64,000 bases of DNA from assembly GCF_009914755.1 (NCBI RefSeq), contig NC_060947.1; one strand, 5' to 3'. This DNA is from the human T2T-CHM13v2.0 reference genome, Homo sapiens. This document shows, in pieces, positions 24,101-40,300 of this stretch. A program made the translations under genes and the position numbers. Positions within the stretch are counted from its first letter, which is position 1; each line of letters opens with the position of its first letter. Below the pieces are notes generated by a model that searched no databases, was not told where the DNA came from, and saw nothing but the letters and a program-made list of their open reading frames with translations.

Positions 24101-27100
24101 CGCAGTTTTGAAAAACCCTTTTTGTAGAATCTGCTTGTGGATATTTGGAGCGCTTTGTTGCCTATTGTGGAAAAGGAAATATCTTCACATAAAAACTACA
24201 CAGAATAATTCTCAGAAACTTCTTTGTTATGTGTGCATTCAACTCACAGAGTTGAACCCATATTTGATTGAGCAGTTTTGAAACTCTCTTTTTGTGGAAT
24301 CTGCAAGTGGATATTTGGAGCACTTTGCTGCCTGTGGTGGAAAAGGAATATCTTCACATAAAAACTACACAGAAGTATTCTGAGAAACTTCTTTGCAATG
24401 TGCTCTTTCAACTCATAGAATTGAACCTTTGTTTTGATTGAGCAGTTTTGAAACACTGCTTTTTAGCATCTGCAGGTGGATATTTGGAGCGCTTTGGGGC
24501 CAATCGTGGAAAAGGAAATACCTTCACTTAAAAACTGCACAGATGCATTCTGAGAAACTTCTCTGTGTTGTGTGCATTCTATTTACAGAGTTGAACTATT
24601 CTTTTGACTGAGCAGTTTGGAAACAGTGTTTTTGTAGTATCTGCAAATGGATATTTGGAGACATTTGAGGCCTACGGTGGAAAAGGAAATATCTTCACAT
24701 AAAAATTAGACAGAAAAATTCTAGAAACTTCTTTGTAATGTATGCATTGAACTCACAGAGTTGAACCTTTCTTTTTATTGAGTAGTTTTTAAACACTCTT
24801 TTTTTTGGAAACTGCAGAAGGATATTTAGAGTGCTTTGCAGACTATAGTGGAAAAGGAAATATCTTTACATAAAAACTAGACTGAAGCAATCTGAGAAAC
24901 TTCTTTGTTATCTGTGGATTCATCTCACAGAGGTGAACCTTTCTTTTGATTGAACCATTTTGAAACACTCTTTTTGTGGAATCTGCAAGTGGATATTTGG
25001 AGCACTTTGAGGCCTACAGTGGAAAAGGAAGTATTTTCACATAAAAACTAGCAGAAGAATTCTGAGAAACTGCTTTGTGATGTGTGCATTCAACTCACAG
25101 AGTTGAACTTTCTTTGGATTGAGCAGCTTCGAAACACTCTTCTTGAGGAATTTGCAAGTGTATATTTGGAGCACTTTGCGGCCTCTACAGGAAAAAGGAA
25201 TATCTTCACATAAAAACTAGACAGAAGCATTCTGAGAAACTTCTTTGTGAAGTGTACATTCATCTCACAGAGTTGAAACTTTCTTTTCGTTGAGCAGTTT
25301 TGAAAAACTCTTTCGTAGAATCTGCAATTGGATATTTGGAGTGCTTTGAGGCCTATGGTGGAAAAGGAAATATCTTCACCTAAAAGCTATGCAGAAGCAT
25401 TCTGAGAAACATCTTTGTGATGTGTGCATTCATCTCTCAGAATTGAACCTCTCTTTTCAATGAGCAGTTTGGAAACACACTTTTTGTAGTAACTGCAAGT
25501 GGATATTTCGAGTAATTTGTGGCCTCTGGTGGAAAAGAAAATATCTTCAAATAAAAACTAGACAGAAGCATTCTGAGAAACTGCTTTGTGCTGTGTGCAT
25601 TCATTTCACAGGTTTGAAACTTTCTTTTGATTGAGCAGTTTTGAAACACACTTTTTGTAGAATCTGCAAGTGGATATTTGTAGTGATTTGAGGCCTACGG
25701 TGGAAAAGGAAATTTCTTCACAAAAAAACGACACAGAAGCATTCTGAGAAACTACTTCGTGAAGTTTACATTCTACTCACAGAGTTGAAGTTTCTTTTGA
25801 TTGCACAGTTTGAAACACTCTTTGTAGAATCTGTAAGTGGATATTTGGTGAGCTTTGCGTCCTCTAGTGGAAAAGGAAATATCTTCACATAAAAACTAGA
25901 CAGAAGCATTCTCAGAAACTTCTTTGTGATGTGTGCACACATCTCACAGAGTTGAACATTTCTTTTGATTGAGCTGTTTGGAAACATTCCTTTTGAAGAA
26001 TCTGCAAGTGCATATTTGGAGCAATTTGATTCCTATGGCAGAAAAGGAAATATCCTCACATAAAAACTACACAGAATCATTCTGAGAAACTTCTTTGTGA
26101 TCTGTGCATTCAGCTCACGTAGCTGAACCTTTCTAATGATTGAGCAGCTTGGAAACTGTGTTTTTGTGGTATCTGCAAATGGATATTTGGAGAGGTTTGA
26201 GGCCTATCGTGGAAAATGAAGCATCTTCACATAAAAATTTTACAGAAGAATTCTAAGAAACTTCTTTGTGATGTGTGCACTCAACTCACAAAGTTTAACA
26301 ACTTTCTTTTGATTGAGCAGTTTTGAAACACACTTTTTGTAGAATCTGCAAATGAATATTTGGAGAGCTTTGAGGCCTAAGGTGGAACAGGAAATATATT
26401 GACATAAAAACTACACAGAAGCATTCTGAGAAACTTCTATGTGATGTGTGCGTTCATCTCACAGAGTTGAATATTTGTTTCGATTCAGCAGTTTTGACAT
26501 ACTCTTTTTGTAGAATCTGAAAGTGGATATTTAGAGCGCATTCTGGCCTATGGTGGAAAAGGAAATACTACACAGAAGCATTCTGAGAAACTTCGTTTTG
26601 AGCTATACATTCAACTCACAGAGTTGAAATTTTCTTTTGATTGAGCAGTTTTGAAACACTCTTTTTGTAGAATTTGCAAGTGGATATTTGGAGAGATTTG
26701 TGGCCTAGAGTGGAAAAAGAAATATCTTCATATAAAAACTAGACAGAAGAATTGTGACAAATTTCTTTGTGATATGCGCGTTAACCTCACAGAGTTGAAA
26801 TTTTCTTCTCATTGAGCAGTTTGAAACACTTTTTGTAGAATCTGCAAGTGGATATTTGGTGCACTTTGCAGCCTTTGGTGGAAAAGGAAATATCTTCTCA
26901 TAAAAACTACACAGAAGCACTTGGAGGAACTTCTTTGTGATTTGTGTGTTCTTCTCACAGAGTTAATCCTTTCTTTTCATTGAGCAGTTTTGAAACACTC
27001 TTTTTGAAGAATCTGCAAGTGGAAACTTGGAGCGCTTTGAGGCCTATTGTGGAAAAGATAATATCTTCACATAAAAACTACACAGAAGCATTCCGAGAAA

Positions 27101-30100
27101 CTTCTTTTTGATATTTCCACTAAACTCACAGAGTTTAATCTTTCTTTTGATTGAGCAGTTTGGAAACAGTCTTTTCAAAGTATCTGAAAGTGGATATTTT
27201 GAGAGGTTTGAGGCCAATGGTGGAAAAGGAAATATCTTCACATAGAAACTAGAAAGAAGCATTTTGAGAAACTTCTTCTTGATGTGTGCATTCATCTCTC
27301 AGAGTTGAACCTTTCTTTTCATTGAGCAGATTTGAAATACTCTTTTTATAGAATCTGCAAGAGTTTAGTTGAAGCGCTTTGAGGCTTGTAGTGGAAAAGG
27401 AATTATCTTCACATACAAATTACACAGAATCATTCTGAGAAACTTCTTTGTGATGTCTGCATTCATCTCACAAAGTTGAAGCTTTCTTTTGTTTGAGCAG
27501 TTTTGAAAAACTCTTTTTGAAGAATATGCAAGTGGTTATTTGAGCTCTTTGAGGTCTATTTTGGAAAAGGAAATATCTTCACATAAAAACTACACAGAAG
27601 CATTCTGAGAAACCTCTTTGGGATGTGTGCACTCATCTCACGGAGTTGAACCTATCTTTTCAATGAGCAGTTTTGAAACTCTCTTTTTTTTAGAATCTAC
27701 AAGTGGATATTTGGAGCCCTTTGCGGCCTTTGGTGGAAAAGGAAATATCTTCACATAAAAACTAAACAGCAGCATAGTGAGAAACTTCTTTGTGATGTGT
27801 GCATTCATCTCACAGATTTGAAGCTTTCTTTTGATCGAGCAGTTTTGAAACACTCTTTTTGTGGAATCTGAAAGTGGATATTTGGGAGCTTTGAGTCCTA
27901 CTGTGGAAAAGGAAATATCTTCACATAAAAAAGACAGAGAAGCATTCTGAGCAACTTCTTTGTGATGTGTGCATTCATCTCACAGATTTGTACCTTTCTC
28001 TTGATTAAGCAGTTTGGAAACACACTTTTATAGAATCTGCAAGTGGATATTCGAAGCACTTTGAGGTCTGTGGTGGAAAAGGAAACATCTTCACATAGAA
28101 ACTACACAGAGGCATTTTGAGAAACTTGTTTGTGCTGTGTGAATTCAGCCCACAATGTTGAACTTATCTTTTCATTGAGCAATTTTGAAACTTTCTTTTT
28201 GTACAATCTGCAAGTGGATATTTGGAGCCCTTTCCGGCATATGGTGGAAAAGGAAATATCTTCATATAAAAACTACACAGAAGCATTCTGAGAACCTTCT
28301 TTGTGATGTGTGCCTTCATCTAAGAGTTGAACCTTTCTTTTGATTGAGCAGTTTTGAAACACTCTTTTTGTAGAATCTGCATGTGGAAATTCGGAACGCT
28401 TTGGGGCCTATTGTGGAAGTGGAAATATCTTCACATAAAAACTACACAGAAGCATTGTGAGAAACTTCTTTGGGATGCGTGCATTCATCTTACAGAGTTG
28501 AACCTATCTTTTGATTGAGCAGTTTGGAATCACTCTTTTTGTAGAATCTGCAAATGGTTATTTGGAGCCCTTTGCGGCCTATTTTGTAAAAGGAAATATC
28601 ACCACATAAAAACTACACAGAAGCATTCTGAGAAACTTCTTTGTGATGTGTGCATTCGTCTCACAGAGTTAAACTTTTCTTTTGATTGAGCAGTTTTGAA
28701 ACACTCTCTTTATAGAATCTGCAGTTGGATATTTGAAGAGCTTTGAGGCCTATTGTGTAAAAGAAAATATCTTAACATAAAAACTACACAGAAGCATTCT
28801 GAGAAACTTCTTTGTGATGTGTGCATTCATCTCACAGACTTGAAATTTTCTTTTGTTTCACCAGTTTTGAAAGACTCTTTTTGTAGAATCTGCAAGTGGA
28901 GATTTGGAGCTCTTTGAGGCCTATTGTGGAAAAGGAAATATCTTCACGTAACAACTACACAGAAGCATTCTGAGAAACTTTTTTGTGATGTCTGCATGGA
29001 ACTCTCAGAGTTGAACCTGTCTTTTGATATAGCAGTGTTGAAACTCTCTTTTTGTAAAAACTGCAAGTGGACATTGGGAGTCCTTTTTGGCTTATGGTGG
29101 ATAATGAAATATCCTCACGTAAAAACCACACAGGAACATTTTGAGAGACTTCTTTGTGATGTGTGCATTCATCTCACAGAGGTGAACTTTTCTTTTGATT
29201 GTGCAGTTTTGAAACACTCTTTTCGTAGAGTATGCATGTGGATATTTGGAGCGATTTCAGGCCTATTGTGGATAAGGAAACATCTTCACATGTAAACTAC
29301 ACAGAAGCATTCTGAGAAATTTCTTTGTGATGTGTGCATTCATCTCACAGTGTTGAACCTTTCTTTTGATAGAGCATTTTTGAAACACTCTTTTTGGAGA
29401 ATCGGCAATGGATATTTGGAGCGCTTTGAGGCCTACTGTGGAAAGGGAGATATCTTCCCATAAAAACTACACAGAAGAATTCTGAGAAAATTCTTTGTGA
29501 TGTGTGACTTCAACTCACAGAGTTTAAACTATCTTTTGATTGAGCAGTTTTGAAACTCTCTGTTTTTAAATTTGCAAGTTTATGTTTGGAGACCTTTGCA
29601 GCCAATGGTGGAAAAGGAACTATCTTCACATAGAAACTACACAGAAGCATTCTGAGGAACATCTTTGTGATGTGTGCATTCAACTCACAGTATTGAACCT
29701 ATCTTCTGATTGAGCAGTTTTGAAACTCTCTTTTTGTAGAATCTGCAAGTGGATATTTGGAGCCCTTTGCGGCCTATTGCAGAGTAGGAAATATCTTCAC
29801 ATAGAAACTATACAGAAGTATTCTGAAAAACTTCTTAGTGATGTATGCATTTATCTCATAGAGTTGAACTTTTCTTTCTTTTGATTGAGCAGTTTTGAAA
29901 CACTCTTTTTATAGAATCTGCAAGTTCATACTTGGATTGCTTTCAGGCCTATTGTGGAATAGGAAATATCTTCACATAAAAACTACACAGAAGCATTCTG
30001 AGAAACTTCTTTGCGATGTGTGCATTCATTTCACAGAGGTAAAGCTTTCTTTTGATTGAGCAGTTTTGAAACACTCTTTTTGTATAATCTGCTAGTGGAT

Positions 30101-30331
30101 ATTTGGAGCACTTTGAGGCCTATGTTGGAAAAGGAAATATCTTCACATAAAAACTACACAGAAGGGTTCTGAGAAACTTCTTTGTGATGTGTGCATTCAA
30201 CTCACAGAGTTGAACCTATCTTTTGATTGAGCAGCTTTTAGTCTCTCTTTTTGTAGGATCTGCAAGTGGATATTTGGAGCACTTTGCGGCCTATTGTGGA
30301 AAAGGAAATATCTTCACATAACAACTACACA
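24101..30331 (+). repeat. Monomeric alpha-satellite, older box-free layer (SF4/M1-like)
   Basis: Diagnostics switch to CATTCTGAGAAAC, GATTGAGCAG, CATTCATCTCAC and CTATT/GGTGGAAAAGGAAAT. No CENP-B-box-type monomers seen. Confidence 0.95.
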
Positions 30332-31368
30332 GGGGGTTGGAGCCAAGATGGCCAAATAGGAATTGCTCTGGTCTACAGCTCCCAATGTGAGTGATGCAGA
30401 AGACTGGTGATTTCTACATTTCCATCTGAGGTATTTTGTTCATCTCACTAGGAAGTGCCAGACAGTGGGCGCAGGAGAGTGGGTGCAGCACACCACGCAT
30501 GAGCCGAACCAGGGTGAAGCATTGCCTCCCTCGGGAAGTGCAAGGGGTCTGTGAGTTCCCTTTCCTAGTCAAAGAAAGTGGTGACAAAGGGCACCTGCAA
30601 ATTCGGGTCTCTCCCACCCTAATACTACGCTTTTCCAATGGGCTTAAAAAACGGTGCACCAGCAGATTATGTCCCACACCTGGCTCAGGGGATCCTACGC
30701 CCATGGAGTCTCGCTGATTGCTAGCACAACAGTCTGAGATCAAACTGCAAGGCAGCAGCGAGGCTGGTGGAGGGGTGCCCGCCATTTCCCAGGCTTGCTT
30801 ATGTAAACAAAGCGGGCAGGAAGTTTGAACTGGGTGGAGCCCACCACAGCTCAAGGAGACCTGCTTGCCACTGTAGGCTCCACCTCTGGGGGCAGGGCAC
30901 AGGCAAACAAAAAGACAGCAGTAACCTCTGCAGACTTAAATGTCCCTGTCTCACAGCTTTGAAGAGAGCAGTGGATCTCCCAGCGTGCAGCTGGAGATCT
31001 GAGAATGGGCAGACTGCCTCCTCAAGTGGGTTCCTGAGTCCTGGCCCCTGAGCTGCCTAACTGGGAGGCACCCCCCAGTAGGGGCAGACTGACACCTCAC
31101 ACGGCCGGGTACTCCTCTGAGACAAAAGTTCCAGAGGAATGATCAGACAGCAGCATTTGCAGTTCACTAAAATCTGCTGTTCTGCAGCCACCGCTGCTTG
31201 TACCCAGGCAAACAGTGTCTGGAGTGGACCTCTAGCAAACTCCAACACACATGCAGGTGAGGGTCCTGTCTTTTAGCAGGAAAACTAACAAACAGAAAGG
31301 ATATCCACACCAAAAACCCATCTGTACATCACCATCATCAAAGACAAAAAGTAGATAAAACCACAAAG
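30332..31368 (+). promoter_or_regulatory. L1 5'UTR internal sense/antisense promoter region, YY1 motif intact, CpG-decayed
   Basis: AAGATGGCC at 30345-30353; GC-rich L1PA 5'UTR sequence with many CG>TG/CA changes. Confidence 0.85.
30414..30785 (-). CDS. L1 antisense ORF0 homolog, open for 123 codons (expression unknown)
   Basis: ATG at 30785-30783 gives MAGTPPPASLLPCSLISDCCASNQRDSMGVG..., the recognisable primate L1 ORF0 N-terminus, inside track ORF 30414..30854. Confidence 0.6.
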   Translation of the reverse strand: MAGTPPPASLLPCSLISDCCASNQRDSMGVGSPEPGVGHNLLVHRFLSPLEKRSIRVGETRICRCPLSPLSLTRKGNSQTPCTSRGRQCFTLVRLMRGVLHPLSCAHCLALPSEMNKIPQMEM

Positions 31369-32389
31369 ATGATGGGGAAAAAAACAGAGCAGAAAAACTG
31401 GAAACTCTAAAAAGCAGAGCACCTCTCCTCCTCCAAAGGAATGCAGCTCCTCACCAGCTTCAGAACAAAGGTGGATGGAGAATGACTTTGACGAGTTGAG
31501 AGAAGAAGGCTTCAGATGATCAAATTACTCTGAGCTACAGGAGGAAATTCCAACCAAAGGCAAAGAAGTTAAAAACTTTGAAAAAAATTTAGACGAAGGT
31601 ATAACTAGAATAACAAATTCAGAGAAGTGTTTAAAAGAGCTGATGGAGATGAAAGCCAAGGCTCGAGAACTACGTGAAGAATGCAGAAACCCCATGAGCT
31701 GATGCGATCAACTGGAAGAAAGGGTATCAGTGATGGAAGATGAAATGAATGAAATGAAGTGAGAGGGGAAGTTTAGAGAAAAAAGAATAAAAAGAAATGA
31801 ACAAAGCCTCCGAGAAATATGGGACTATGTGAAAAGACCAAATCTATGCCTGATTGGTGTACCTGAAAGTGATAGGGAGAATGGAACCAAGTTGGAAAAC
31901 ACTCTGCTGGATATTATCCAGGAGAACTTCCCCAATCTAGAAAGGCAGGCCAACATTAAGATTCAGGAAATAAAGAGAACGCCACAAAGATACTCCTCGA
32001 GAAGTGTAACTCCAAGACACAGAATTATCATATTCACCAAAGTGGAAATGAAGGAAAAAATATTAAGGGCAGCCAGAGAGAAAGGTCCGGTTACCCACAA
32101 AGAAAAGCCGATCAGACTAACAGCGGATCTCTCAGCAGAAACTCTACAAGCCAGAAGAGAGTGGGGGCCAATATTCAACATTCTTAAAGAAAAGAATTTT
32201 CAAACCAGAATTGCATATCCAGCCAAACTAAGCTTCATAAGTGAAGGAGAAATAAAATACTTTACAGACAAGCAAATGCTGAGAGATTTTGTCACCACCA
32301 GGCCTGCCCTAAAAGAGCTCCTGAAGGAAGCACTAAACATGGAAAGGAACAACCGGTACCAGCCACTGCAAAATCATGCCAAAATGTAA
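31369..32389 (+). pseudogene. L1 ORF1 (RNA-binding chaperone), disrupted
   Basis: ATGATGGGGAAAAAAACAG start has a duplicated GAT and an extra A (frameshift); several CGA>TGA stops; C-terminal RRM/CTD part is still open (31829..32389: ARREW, YPAKLS). Confidence 0.95.
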
Positions 32390-32452
32390 AGACCATCGAG
32401 GCTAGGAAGAAACTGCATCAACTAATGAGCAAAATAACCAGCTAACATCATA

Positions 32453-36278
<3,826 letters not shown>

Positions 36279-36505
36279 ACAATGAGAACACATGGACACA
36301 GGAAGGGGAACATCACACTCTGGGGACTGTTGTGGGGTTGGGAAAGGGGGGAGGGATAGCTTTAGGAGATATACCTAATGCTAAATGACAAGTTAACGGG
36401 TGCAGCACACCAGCATGCCACATGTATACATATGTAACTAACCTGCACTTTGTGCACATGTACCCTAAAACTTGAAGTATAATAATAATAAAATTTAAAA
36501 AAAAA

Positions 36506-37359
36506 TGAAAAAGAAAATCAGGGAAGCATAGACAGGTGAGCACTAGTTTTGTGCCTTCAGTGTCCCTTGAGATATAAGCAGCTTCAGAAATAGAGGCCCA
36601 GGCCTGAAAATCTGAAAGAAAGGAGGGGTCAAGAGGACTCGGAGTCCAGCAGAGCTTTAAAAATATCTCATATGGCCACAGGTGAAAAACTGTCCCTAAC
36701 CACTACAGAAAATGAGGGATCCTGACACATACTGAGGTCTTGAGGTGAAATATTGCTACGGAAGCATAACAGGAGGAGGAAGCTCCAGGAGTAGCATGGC
36801 ACCACCATGCTGATACCAAGGCCCAAAGTAGGGCATTTTTTGATGGCATTAACTAGGTACAGCCCTAGCATTTCATTCTGGCAGAATAAGAAGTAAATCC
36901 TCTCTGGAGTGTAAAATTATTCCACAGCCCAAAATTGCTTCTAAAATGTTGTAGGGCAAGTATCAATTTAAATCTACATAGATATTAAGTGTATTAAACA
37001 TAGTGTGATTTCAATCAACAAAAACAAAACACACAAAATGGAGAGAAAAAAAAGCCAACAGAAAAGGACCAAAATAATTGGCGGATATTGGGCCACTAAT
37101 ATATGATATGCTGAATGCATTCCATGACAAGGTCAAGAAATTTAGCAGAGAACCAGAAACTATAAAAAGAAATCAAACAAATGTCATATATACAGTAATT
37201 CAAACCAATAACTCAATGGATGAATGTAACAGTAAATTTGACAGTTAAATTTGCTCTTGCAAGTGATCCGCTGGAAGTTTGGTCAGGCCATGAGGCAATT
37301 TGTAATAAGTGAAAAGAATAAAATCATTTCTAGACAAAACAAAAAACGACAAAAAAAGA
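36506..37359 (+). other. Non-satellite segment, probable L1 3' transduction with its own polyA signal and tail
   Basis: Follows the L1 A-tail directly; AATAAA at 37317-37322, then degenerate A-tail AAAACAAAAAACGACAAAAAAA at 37336-37357; satellite resumes at ~37360. Confidence 0.85.
36870..37250 (+). mobile_element. Possible ancient L1M/HAL1-like 5'/ORF1 fragment inside the transduced DNA
   Basis: A-rich strand with phrases recalling old L1M/HAL1 ORF1 regions (AAATCCTCTCTGGAG; AAATTTAGCAGAGAACCAGAAACTATAAAAAG; AACTCAATGGATG). Recognised from memory only. Confidence 0.35.
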
Positions 37360-40300
37360 GAAACACTTTTTGTAGGATCTGCAAGTGGATAGTTGAAGCA
37401 CTTTGAGGCCTGTTGTGGAAAAGAAAATATCTTCACATAAAAACTACACAGAAGCATTCTGAGAAACTTCTTTGTGATGTGTGCATTCATCTCACAAAGT
37501 TGAAGCTCGCTTTTGTTTGAGCAGTTTTGAAACACTCTGAAAAATCTACAAGTGGATATTTGAAGCGCTTTGAGGCTTATTGTGGAAAAGGAAATATCTT
37601 CACATAAAAACTACACAGAAGCATTCTGAGAAACTTTTTGTGATGTGTGCATTCATCTCACAGATTTGAACCTTTCTTTTGTTTAAGCAGTTTTGAAACA
37701 CTCTTCTTGTAGAATCTGCAATTGGATATCTAGAGCGCTTTGGATCCTATGGTTGAAAGGGAAATATCTTCACAATAAAGCTACACAGAAGCATTCTGAG
37801 AAACACCTTTGAGATGTGAACATTCATCTCACAGAGTTGAAGCTTTTTGATTGAGCAGTTTTGAAACACTTTTTTGTAGAATTTGCAAGTGGATATTTAG
37901 AGGAATTAGGGCCTATTGTTGAAAAAGACATGTCTTCACATAAAAACTACACAGAAGCATTCTGAGAAACTGCTTGTGAAGTGCGCATTCATCTCACAGT
38001 GTAGAACGTTTCTTTTGATTAGCAGTTTTGAAACACTCTTTTTGTAGAATCTGAAAGTCGATATTTGGAGCGCTTTGAGGCCTATTGTTAAAAAGGAAAT
38101 ATCTTCACATAAAAACTATACAGAGGCATTCTGAGACACTTCTTTATGATGTGTGCATTCATCTCACAGAGTTGTACATTTCTTTTGATTTAGCAGTTTG
38201 GAAACACTCTTTTTGTAGGATCTGGAAGTGGATATTTGAAGCGCTTTGAGGCCTATTGTGGAAAAGGGTATATCTTCACATAAAAACTACACAGAAGCAT
38301 TCTGAGAAACTTCTTTGTGATATGTGCATCCATCTCACAGAGTTGAACCTATCTTTTGATTGAGCAGTTTTTAAACTCTCTTTTTGTAGAATCTGCAAGT
38401 GGACATTTGGAGAACATTACAGCCTATGGTGGAAAAGGAAATATCTTCACATAAAAACTACACAGAAGCATTCTGAGAAACTTCTTTGTGATGCATGAAT
38501 TCAATTCAAAGAGCTGAAACTATCTTTTGATGGAGCAGTTTATAATCTCTCTTTTTGTGCATTCTGCAAGTGGATATTTGGAGCCCTTTGCAGCCTATTT
38601 AGGAAAACGAATTATCTTCATATAAAAACTACACAGAAGCATTCTGAGAAACTTCTTTGTGATGTGTGCATTCAAATCACAGAGTTGAACCTTTGTTTTG
38701 ATTGAGTAGTTTTGAAACTATCTTTTTATATAATCGGGAAGTGGATATTTGAAGTGCTTTGAGGCCTATGGTGGAAAATGAAATATCTTCACATAAAAAC
38801 TACACAGAAGCATTCTGAGGAACTTCTTTGGGATGTGGGCATTCATCTCACAGAGTTGAACATTTCTTTTGATTGAGCAGTTTTGAAACACTCTTTTTGT
38901 GAAATCTGCAAGAGGATATTTGGAGGGCTTTGGGGCCTATTGTGAAAAAGGAAATATCTTCACATAAAAAGTACACAGAATCATTCTGAGAAAGTTCTTT
39001 GTGATGTGTGCACTCATCACACAGAATTGTACTTTTCTTTTGATTGAGCAGTTTGGAAACACTGCTTTTGTAGGATCTGCAAGAGCATATTTGGAGCACT
39101 TTGAGGCCTATTGTGGAAAAGGAAATATCTTCACATAAAAACTACAAAGAAGCATTCTGAGAAATGTCTTTGTCATGTGTGCACTCAACTCACTGCATTG
39201 AACCGATCTTTTGATGGAGCAGCTTTGAAACTCACTTTTTGCAGAATCTGCAAGTGGATATTTGGAGCCCTTTGTGGCTTAATGTGCAAAACGAAATACC
39301 TTCACATAAAAACTAGACAGAAGCATTCTCAGAAACTACTTTCTGATGTGTGCATTAAACTCATAGTGTTGAACCCATCTTTCGATTGAGCAGTTTGGAA
39401 TCTCTCTTTTTGTAGAATCTGCAAGTGGATATTTGGAGACTTTTGCAGCCTATTTTGGAAAAGGAAATATCTTCACATAAAAATTACACAGAAGCATTCT
39501 GAGAAACTTGTTTGTGATGTGGGCATTCAACTGACAGGTTTGAACCTGTCTGTTGATTGATCAGTTTGGAAACTCTCTTTGTATAGAATCTGCAAGTGGA
39601 TATGTGGAGCCCTTTTCAGCCTATGGTGGAAAAGGAAATATCTTCACAAAAAAACTACACAAAAGCATTTTGAGTAACTTCTATGTGTTGTGTGCATTCA
39701 TCTCAAAGAGTTGAACCTTTCTTTTGTTTGAGCAGTTTTGAAACACTCTTTTTTTAGAATCTGCAAGTGGATATTTGAGCACTTTGAGGCATAATGTGGA
39801 AAAGGAAATATCTTCACATAAAAACTACACAGAAGCATTCTGAGAAACCTCTTTATGATGTGTGCATTCATCTCACAGAGTTGAACCTTTCTTTGGATTG
39901 AGCAGTTTTAAAACACTATTTTTGTAGAATCTGCAACTTTATATTTCTAGCGCTTTGAGGCCTATGGTGGAAAAGGAAATACCTTCACATAAAAACTCCA
40001 CAGAAGCATTCTGAGAAACTTCTTTGTGATGTGTGCATTCATCCCACTGAGTTTAACCGTTCTTTCAATTGAGCAGTTTTGAAACACACTTTTTGTAGAA
40101 TCTGCAAGTGGATATTTGGAGAGCTTTGAGGCCTGTTGTGGAACAGGAGATATCTTCACATAAAAACTACACAAAAGCATTCTGAGAAACTTCTTTGCAA
40201 TGTGTGCATTCACCTCATGGAGTTGAAGCTTTCTTTTGATTGAGCAGTTTTGAAACACAGTTTTGTAGAATCTACAAGTGTTTATTTGGAGCGCTTTGAG

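Noticed and set aside
4370-24157. Idea that 4370-24.1 kb is one inverted segment whose right breakpoint is the layer boundary
   Set aside because: Orientation does not change at 24.1 kb, so un-inverting would still leave a strand switch. Less parsimonious than a breakpoint outside the window.
36321-36355. G-rich tract able to form a G-quadruplex
   Set aside because: Standard part of the L1PA 3'UTR, not a separate element.
36668-36871. 67-aa minus-strand ORF in the transduced segment as a captured exon or retrogene
   Set aside because: Short, antisense to the transduced RNA and without recognisable homology; expected by chance.
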